Origin: Promethearchaeati archaeon SRVP18_Atabeyarchaeia-1
GTDB lineage: Archaea; Asgardarchaeota; Atabeyarchaeia; Atabeyarchaeales; Atabeyarchaeaceae
Assembly (NCBI GenBank): GCA_037308085.1
Contig: CP147779.1
Coordinates: 1,440,001 to 1,504,000, forward strand
Length of the DNA stretch: 64,000 bases
Reading direction: 5' to 3'
Within the stretch, counting starts at the first letter, position 1. Every line of letters begins with the position of its first letter. Made by a program: the position numbers and the translations under genes. This document shows, piece after piece, positions 59,721-64,000 of the stretch. The notes under the pieces are model-generated. The model was not told the origin of the DNA, did not search any database, and was given only the letters and a program-made list of their open reading frames with translations.

Positions 59721-60773
59721 GTTGAGGTCGCGGTCAGCCTCAAAGCCGCAACGTTCACACCTGAAGGTTCTCTCGGAGAGCGGCATCTCATCCTTCACTG
59801 CTCCGCAGTTGGAGCACCGCTTCGTGGATGGGAAGAACGGGTCTGCTGCGACCACCACGCTCCCATACCACTTCGCCTTATACTTCAGCTGGCGGAGGAA
59901 CTCTCCGATTCCAGCGTCCGCAATCTGCTTCGCCAGGCAATGGTTCTTCATCAGCCCAGCCACGTTCAGGCTCTCCACGCCGACAACTGACTTGGTTCTC
60001 GCCAGCATCGCCGTGGCTTTGTGCTGGGCGTCCCTGCGGATGCAGGCGGTCCTGAACTCGCACCGAGCCAGACGTGACTGGGCATCCGCCCAGTTTCTGC
60101 TGCCCTTCACCTTCCTAGAAAGTGATCTTTGGAGCCGCTTCTTTTTCCCCTCATAGTAGAGCAGCGCTCTCGGATTCTCAACGGTGGTTCCGTCGCTGAT
60201 CGTGGCGAGCTTTGGTATGCCCATGTCGATCCCCACAGTCGGACCGACGTTTACTGGAACTTCAATTTCCTCATCTACCTGAACACTCACAAACCAGCGC
60301 CCCGCCTTTTCAGAGACCGCCGCAGACAGAATGTGAACTCCGTCAGTTGGTAGGTAGCCTTTCTCCTTGAGCCGAACCCTGCCGATTCGGGGCAACTGAA
60401 TTGAATTGCGGGCAACTGTAATGGAACCCGTGAGCCTGAAACCGCCGACTCCACGCCTCCTGCTCCTGAACTTCGGGTATCGGCTCCTCCCCTCGAAGAA
60501 GTTTCTGAACGCCCTATCCAAGTCGCGGAGGGCTTCCTGCGGGGCGCACTTCGAAACCTCGTACATCCACGGGAAGGTCGCGCGCTTTAGCGCATTCAAC
60601 TGCCGGTGCAGCTCGATTGCGTTCGAGGACTTTCCAGTCTTCTCGTATTCCTCCTTCCGCCGGGCAAGCCCCCAGTTGTAGGCAAACCTAGCTACGCCAG
60701 CAGACTTGAGGAGGAGCGTCTTCTGGACGTTGTTAGGGTCTAGCTCCGTCTTGTAAGCACGGTCAACCAGCAT
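59577..60773 (-). CDS. tnpB: RNA-guided endonuclease TnpB
   Basis: RFAYNWGL, RuvC-I GIDMG, RuvC-II VESL, CSNC/CERC zinc finger, RuvC-III DRDLNAA. Confidence 0.95.
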   Translation of the reverse strand: MLVDRAYKTELDPNNVQKTLLLKSAGVARFAYNWGLARRKEEYEKTGKSSNAIELHRQLNALKRATFPWMYEVSKCAPQEALRDLDRAFRNFFEGRSRYPKFRSRRRGVGGFRLTGSITVARNSIQLPRIGRVRLKEKGYLPTDGVHILSAAVSEKAGRWFVSVQVDEEIEVPVNVGPTVGIDMGIPKLATISDGTTVENPRALLYYEGKKKRLQRSLSRKVKGSRNWADAQSRLARCEFRTACIRRDAQHKATAMLARTKSVVGVESLNVAGLMKNHCLAKQIADAGIGEFLRQLKYKAKWYGSVVVAADPFFPSTKRCSNCGAVKDEMPLSERTFRCERCGFEADRDLNAALNLAFVAASWAETLNACERREVHAAWQVPADEAGTERRLGGALNG

Positions 60774-61329
60774 CTTTAGTAGCCTCCATTGCTCTCATAG
60801 CCCTATTCTTCGCTGCTCTCTTCCCATACAGTCCGGCGCAGAAGCTAGTTAGGACATCGATCATATCCGTTACTAGATCGTCCTTGCATTCAATTTCATT
60901 GGCTATCTCTGCTGTCCGATTGGCCGCTTTTAATGCGGCTATGATGTAACCCCATCCAAACCGTGCCAACCTGTCACGGTGTTCAACCACGATAGTGGAG
61001 ACGGAGGGATTTTCTAGAAGTTTGATGAGCCTCTTTCTGTTACCATTTAGCCCCGATCCAATCTCAGAGACCTCCTGAACCACATGGAGTCCCTTTGCGG
61101 TGGCATATTCACGTAGCCTTTGGAGTTGCCGTTCCAAGTCTTCTTTCTGATCTGATGAAGATACTCTGGCATATAGAGCCACGTTGTTGGTAGTTGTTGG
61201 AAGTTCATGTATGAGAATTGTTCCAGTTGGGAGCGGTTGCGTCGGGCATGGAAACTGCCCTGAACGATAGAGACGATAGGCAGTCTTGTAGTCCAGACCA
61301 TTCTTCCTTGCCCAATCTGCCAGCTTCAT
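60763..61329 (-). CDS. tnpA: IS607 serine recombinase/transposase
   Basis: N-terminal HTH (KLADWAR..G..YKTAYR), YARVSS, EIGSG, EHRDRLAR, LYGKR. Confidence 0.95.
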   Translation of the reverse strand: MKLADWARKNGLDYKTAYRLYRSGQFPCPTQPLPTGTILIHELPTTTNNVALYARVSSSDQKEDLERQLQRLREYATAKGLHVVQEVSEIGSGLNGNRKRLIKLLENPSVSTIVVEHRDRLARFGWGYIIAALKAANRTAEIANEIECKDDLVTDMIDVLTSFCAGLYGKRAAKNRAMRAMEATKDAG

Positions 61330-61649
61330 GCTAAATACCCGACCATAAATGGGTTGTATTGGTTATGAACTAATCTATCTGTTGAAACCCCACCGAAGAC
61401 GTTGGCCCTGGGTCAAGACGGCGATTGCTCCTGAGGGCGAAACCTGGGCAACTAGACGACTCGCACGACGAGCGATCCGGCGCTTATCTATATCCTTATT
61501 ACGTCTCAGAAGGATAGCAGAAGGTGCGGCCATAGTGGACATATAGGCGCAGTTTCAGACGGCTGGTTCCTATGGCTGCCTTTGCTAATTCCCGAATAAT
61601 CGCGGAGGTTGAAACGGTCTTGGTCAATATGAACCCTTTGTTGGCATCA

Positions 61650-63314
61650 ATGTCCGATGTAGAGAAGGAGATATTTGAAATATGGAAGGAATATGAGCCA
61701 GCCCTTGCTTTCGGCAATGGTCTTGAAGAATACGCGGGCAGAATGTTCATACCGACAGAGAGTAACATCAACGAAATGGGAAACAAGATACAATCCATAT
61801 TGAAGAAGACAAGAGAGAAGAACCAGCGGAAACTACTTGAATCAATGGGAGTAATGCTGGAGTTCCAAGAACCATACAAGGTCCTCTCGGTCGCCAGAGA
61901 CATCTTCTTTGCTCACATTGTAAAGGAAGGAATAAACAGTAAACACTTGATGTCGCTGGCGGATGATGCCGAGAAAGCCATAGCAGCAAGCAGAGAGCGT
62001 CTTGCAGGAAAGAAGTGGCCTACTGAAGTTAAGATAGTCACATGTCAGTGCAGTGGGGAACTCAAAGGAATACTAGCAACGATTCGTGAAGAAACGAATG
62101 ATCAAGGTCTGAAAGATAGGATTGATAGGCTCGTTGAGGCGGTAGACGACTACCGGAAGGTCTTCAATGTCGAGGGAATAGTTGAAGGCGATTTTACAGA
62201 GGTCTTCCCCATACTTGAGAAGCTTGGAGGAGACTTGGGGCACAAGAGGATTTACCCTCAAATACTGAAATATGGATTCGACTTCTATGAAACGCCTAGG
62301 CAGATCGAGGAAAAGGCCCTGAAGCAACTGAGAAAGGAATTACCACTATTCAAGGAAATCGTGCAGAAGCTTGCCAAGGTCTACGGTTGTGAGCCAACCT
62401 ACGAGCAAGTCGCGAAGGCGATGAATGAGAGGACTGCGATACCCAAGGCTAAGACGGTCGAGTTTGTTAATGAAATGAGGAAGAAGCTGCTCCCTGTTCT
62501 GGCGAAACACCTCGTAAGAATAACTCCAAAATACGACACAAGGGTAATTGAGACCCCTCCCTATTTGCTCAACTTCATAACCACAGCTGCGACGAGCGCT
62601 TTTGATCTTCTGACTGACAAGCCTTTCTCGATCTTCTTCGTCACAACTGACGAGAAGAGATCCCCCGCATCTGGTGCGGCCGACATCATTCAGACTATAG
62701 TCCATGAGGAGACTGGGCACTGTGTCCATTATCAGAACTCAGCCGCCGGCTTTGGAGCAAAACCCTCTCCTGCTGACCTAATGGATAGCTACCTCTCATA
62801 CGCAGTGAGCGACGGGATATCTTTCCACAGGGAGTACGAGTTTCTGGGGCTCCTGAAGAAACTTGCAGGCATGGACGAAGGCTCTCTTTCAAACGAGGAA
62901 AAGGGATTCCTCGATGCGATGAAGGGCAAAAGAGGCATCAGTGAGTCGTTACTGGAAAATGAGTTTGTGCTGATGCAATGGAGGCTCGTAAGATTCCTCA
63001 GGGCAATATTCGACTCCAGAGTCAACACCGGCAAACAGACAATAATCGAATTCGTGAAGTGGGCAAGCAAAACCACAGGCCTTGCTGAAAAACTGATATT
63101 CAACCAGACATGGATCTTCCTAGACAGAATAGGCTACGCCCCAGTATACTTCATCGTAGGGGACGCGCTGAGGGCTTTGCAGGAGAAAGCAATCAAAAAG
63201 GGAGTAAATGTCATCGATTTCAACACCTACGCTACATCAATCGGTTACGGCGCGAGAACTGTCTTCGAAGAGAGACTAGAGGACTACACAAGAGAGCACG
63301 GCACCAAAAAATGA
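61650..63314 (+). CDS. Zincin-like metallopeptidase (DUF885-like)
   Basis: HEETGH..H motif with a downstream DG.S..RE segment, helical protein. Start probably ATG 61650. Confidence 0.6.
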   Translation: MSDVEKEIFEIWKEYEPALAFGNGLEEYAGRMFIPTESNINEMGNKIQSILKKTREKNQRKLLESMGVMLEFQEPYKVLSVARDIFFAHIVKEGINSKHLMSLADDAEKAIAASRERLAGKKWPTEVKIVTCQCSGELKGILATIREETNDQGLKDRIDRLVEAVDDYRKVFNVEGIVEGDFTEVFPILEKLGGDLGHKRIYPQILKYGFDFYETPRQIEEKALKQLRKELPLFKEIVQKLAKVYGCEPTYEQVAKAMNERTAIPKAKTVEFVNEMRKKLLPVLAKHLVRITPKYDTRVIETPPYLLNFITTAATSAFDLLTDKPFSIFFVTTDEKRSPASGAADIIQTIVHEETGHCVHYQNSAAGFGAKPSPADLMDSYLSYAVSDGISFHREYEFLGLLKKLAGMDEGSLSNEEKGFLDAMKGKRGISESLLENEFVLMQWRLVRFLRAIFDSRVNTGKQTIIEFVKWASKTTGLAEKLIFNQTWIFLDRIGYAPVYFIVGDALRALQEKAIKKGVNVIDFNTYATSIGYGARTVFEERLEDYTREHGTKK

Positions 63315-63348
63315 GAATCCATGGGCACAGCTCGCATCGACCTAGCAG

Positions 63349-64000
63349 CTATGTCTCAATCCTCGAAAGCAACTCGGGCAGACTGTGAATCACATTGATC
63401 CGGTTTGCCCCACGTCTTCTCATTTTTCTCTTTTTTGTTTCGAGAAGGAACGGAACCATCCCAGCTTTCTCAGCTCCGACATAGTCATTATCGTATTCGT
63501 CTCCGACGAAGACAGTTTCGCCGGGGTTGACCTTGAGTCTCTTGATGGCATACAGGAAAACACCGGGGTCAGGTTTCTTTTTTCCTACAGTATCCGCGGC
63601 GACAAGTATATCGAATGCGTCCCCCACATCAAGCTTCGGAAGTATCTTCTCGAGATCCGACTCATACCCATTTGTTACCACGCCGAGCTTCACGCCACGC
63701 TTCTTCAGTGCTCTGAGAACCTCAGACATGCCTGCGTGGGGTTGTATCTCCATGTAGTCGAACCAGTGCTTGTCAATCTCCTCGGCGAGTTCAGTGTCTC
63801 GCTCATAGATCCTGAGTCGATGAAGTATGTTTAGGTTCCATCGGACGTAGTACTCTGCATCTCCGGGAACCTTGCTTCCATATTCCTTCTTCAGCTCTCG
63901 CTCGGCTTCGAGCATCGCTTCCTTGACATCATCTCTGGATCTTCTAATACCCTTCAGCTTCAATATCCTGTGGAAAGTGTCATAGAGCTCAGCCGAGCGG
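63349..64000 (-). CDS. HAD-superfamily hydrolase, runs off the right edge
   Basis: GVVTNG, KKPDP, FVGD..DND..GA..AG. The frame is open to the window end. Confidence 0.88.
   Translation of the reverse strand, partial: RSAELYDTFHRILKLKGIRRSRDDVKEAMLEAERELKKEYGSKVPGDAEYYVRWNLNILHRLRIYERDTELAEEIDKHWFDYMEIQPHAGMSEVLRALKKRGVKLGVVTNGYESDLEKILPKLDVGDAFDILVAADTVGKKKPDPGVFLYAIKRLKVNPGETVFVGDEYDNDYVGAEKAGMVPFLLETKKRKMRRRGANRINVIHSLPELLSRIET

Larger units (their letters stand above)
59563..61389 (-). mobile_element. IS607-family insertion sequence (tnpA + tnpB)
   Basis: On the minus strand the left junction reads ...CGGTGGGG|TTTCAACAG and the right end ...GTAAGTTTCGGACAACGG|. GG at both junctions, no terminal inverted repeats. 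Confidence 0.88.

Noticed and set aside
1-64000. CRISPR array, cas genes, rRNA, tRNA
   Set aside because: No regularly spaced direct repeats or recognisable cloverleaf/rRNA motifs were seen by eye. A tRNA/Rfam scan would be needed to exclude them fully.

Overview
This is an archaeal window of roughly 50% GC with frequent TTG/GTG starts. It is most likely from an Asgard archaeon, inferred from two Ras-superfamily small GTPases, longin/uDENN-like domains and very large sequon-rich single-pass surface proteins. Housekeeping content: a sulfur-relay cluster (TusA, DsrE, IscS, SufS-like), beta-oxidation genes (two thiolases, SDR, enoyl-CoA hydratase), a dehydrogenase/FGGY-kinase/MFS sugar operon with a class II aldolase, a group 3b [NiFe] hydrogenase operon, uvrA/fpg/uvrB (uvrB carries a 528-aa intein), trpB2, an aldehyde:ferredoxin oxidoreductase and a nucleotidyltransferase/GNAT/HEPN island. 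Most notable: (1) a candidate transmembrane signalling locus at 41.7-55.3 kb with a small GTPase, a uDENN/longin-wHTH protein and two paralogous surface proteins. One of these is fused inside the cell to a longin domain and a degenerate KaiC-like ATPase and abuts an intact KaiC-like gene. (2) An orphan ~270-nt structured element ending in an IS200/IS605 right end (omegaRNA-like) with no tnpB. (3) An intact IS607 (TnpA+TnpB) that appears to have inserted into a ~125-nt structured RNA. (4) A small protein with synuclein/perilipin-like 11-mer repeats. No CRISPR array, rRNA or tRNA was recognised. All product calls come from motif recognition by eye, not from database searches.
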